This document shows positions 6,491 through 7,547 of a DNA stretch of 7,547 bases, one piece after another. The number at the start of each line of letters is the position of its first letter. The first letter of the stretch is position 1. Below the pieces are notes generated by a model. The model was not told the DNA's origin and did no database searches. It saw only the letters and a list, made by a program, of their open reading frames with translations. Position numbers and translations under genes: made by a program. The DNA comes from a virus (lineage: Duplodnaviria > Heunggongvirae > Uroviricota > Caudoviricetes), in IMG/VR virus record IMGVR_UViG_2585427710_000007, positions 1-7,547 of that record; one strand, written 5' to 3'.

Positions 6491-7436
6491 ACGCCCGCTG
6501 GTTATAAACACACAGCTGGCGATGAAGATTGGTTTAAACGAAGCCATTGTGTTGCAGCAACTGCATTACTGGTTGAGGGATACCAGTTCCGGCATGGAAT
6601 GTGATGGCGTTCGCTGGATTTACAACACAACGGAACAATGGCTGGAACAGTTTCCGTTCTGGTCAGAGTCAACGTTAAAGCGTGCGTTTGCAAGTCTGAA
6701 AGCGCTGGGGCTTTTGCGTAGCGAAAAGCTCAATAAATCGAAGCGTGATATGACTAATTTTTACACAATTAACTACGATAGCGCGCTTTTAGATGATGGC
6801 AAAGTGAACGAATCCATCGGGTCAAAATGCGCCACTCCATCAGGTCAAAATGACACGATGGAAGAGGTCAAAATGAAACGTTCCATTGGTTCAAAACGGC
6901 CCAATGTCATCAGGTCAAAATGGCCCGATGATCCTACAGAGAATACAACAGAGAATACAACAGAGAATAAAAAACTCTCTTGTCCGGACGCTTCGCAACC
7001 GGACGAGTTGACGGCTGAACAGGCGTTTTTAACCCGCCATCCTGATGCAGTTGTGTTCAGCGTGAAAAAACGCCAGTGGGGAACCCGGGAGGATTTGACA
7101 TGTGCGCAGTGGATCTGGGGGCGGGTTGTAAACCTGTACGAACAGGCTGCCAGTGACGATGGTGAGATCACGCGACCGAAAGAGCCCAACTGGACGGCGT
7201 GGGCCAATGACGTGCGCACAATGCGGATGCTGGATGGAAGAAGTCACAGACAAATTTGCGAAATGTTCAGCCGGGCACAACGGGATCCGTTCTGGATAAA
7301 AAACATCAAGAGCCCGGAAAAACTCCGTGAGAAATGGGATGAACTGGTTATTCGACTGTGGCGTGGTCCCGCGCAGCGTTGCGTGAATCATATTTCTGAA
7401 CCGGATACCGAAATTCCGCCGGGTTTCAGGGGGTAG
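6471..7436 (+). CDS. Phage replication initiator / replisome organizer (lambda O-like) with an internal origin
   Basis: ATG at 6471 preferred over the track start at 6429, which would overlap ydaT by 62 nt. The N-terminal region (LVINTQLAMKIGLNEAIVLQQLHYWL...) is typical of replisome organizer N-domains. Iterons lie inside the gene. Followed 6 nt later by the next gene. Confidence 0.7.
   Translation: MSLLFAERPLVINTQLAMKIGLNEAIVLQQLHYWLRDTSSGMECDGVRWIYNTTEQWLEQFPFWSESTLKRAFASLKALGLLRSEKLNKSKRDMTNFYTINYDSALLDDGKVNESIGSKCATPSGQNDTMEEVKMKRSIGSKRPNVIRSKWPDDPTENTTENTTENKKLSCPDASQPDELTAEQAFLTRHPDAVVFSVKKRQWGTREDLTCAQWIWGRVVNLYEQAASDDGEITRPKEPNWTAWANDVRTMRMLDGRSHRQICEMFSRAQRDPFWIKNIKSPEKLREKWDELVIRLWRGPAQRCVNHISEPDTEIPPGFRG
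6814..6925. repeat. Candidate replication origin: five iterons with about 23-bp periodicity
   Basis: Core GGTCAAAATG at 6820, 6843, 6866 and 6913, plus a degenerate copy GGTTCAAAACG at 6888. Spacing is 23, 23, 22-23 and 24-25 bp, often preceded by CATCA. This is the arrangement of ori-lambda inside the O gene. Confidence 0.7.
6936..6971. repeat. Three tandem 12-bp repeats (ACAGAGAATACA) immediately after the iterons
   Basis: ACAGAGAATACA at 6936-6947 and 6948-6959, then ACAGAGAATAAA at 6960-6971. They encode TENTTENTTENK within the initiator and form an A-rich stretch next to the iterons. Confidence 0.7.
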
Positions 7437-7442
7437 CGCATC

Positions 7443-7547
7443 ATGAAAAACATTACGTCAGGTGGTGTTCTGGCAAGAGTCAGCAGATTTGTGCCGCAGG
7501 ATGCAATCCCTCCGTACCGTACGGTGACGGAGTGGCGGGAATGGCAG
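7443..7547 (+). CDS. Start of a downstream replication-module gene (possibly P/DnaC-like helicase loader), partial
   Basis: ATG at 7443, 6 nt after the initiator stop, with a G-rich SD-like stretch upstream. Open to the window end, reading MKNITSGGVLARVSRFVPQDAIPPYRTVTEWREWQ. The function is inferred from position only. Confidence 0.4.
   Translation, partial: MKNITSGGVLARVSRFVPQDAIPPYRTVTEWREWQ

Larger units (their letters stand above)
1..7547. mobile_element. Internal segment of a lambdoid (Rac/Qin-like) cryptic prophage: immunity region plus leftward and rightward early operons
   Basis: Gene content and order: CI-like repressor divergent from Cro-like/YdaT-like genes, replication initiator with internal iterons, dicB-type operon, RecE-like exonuclease. 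No att site or integrase lies within the window. Confidence 0.85.

Noticed and set aside
6136-6693. Minus-strand ORFs 6136-6426, 6320-6547 and 6502-6693
   Set aside because: Antisense to the ydaT-like and initiator genes; Ser/Ile-rich products typical of antisense frames.
6814-6971. Possibility that the regularly spaced repeats are a CRISPR array
   Set aside because: The repeat units are about 10-bp cores at 23-bp periodicity inside a coding frame, with no 28-37-bp repeats and unique spacers. The pattern fits origin iterons instead.
6845-7391. Minus-strand ORFs 6845-7219 and 7029-7391
   Set aside because: Antisense within the initiator gene; they partly read through the iteron and tandem-repeat region.

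Overview
This window looks like an internal segment of a lambdoid (Rac/Qin-like) enterobacterial cryptic prophage, covering the immunity switch and both early operons. All calls rest on reading the ORF translations and the DNA by eye; no searches were run. Minus strand, right to left: a CI-like HTH repressor heading a three-gene toxin-antitoxin operon (paaR2-paaA2-parE2-like), a rho-independent terminator, then a dicB-type operon (YdfA-like peptide, 126-aa ORF, DicF-like sRNA candidate, dicB, ydfD-like peptide), an 800-aa RecE-like protein with DEDDh 3'-5' exonuclease motifs at its C-terminus, and a partial ORF at the left edge. Plus strand from the divergent promoter region at 5600-5706: a Cro-like YdaS-family protein, a YdaT-family (CII-like) protein, a replication initiator with an internal iteron origin, and the start of a further gene. 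The least explained element is an AT-rich 100-aa plus-strand gene (3653-3955) sitting in reverse orientation inside the leftward operon and overlapping the 3' end of the 126-aa ORF; it is the best candidate for something undescribed. The remaining track ORFs are antisense or overlapping and are treated as spurious.
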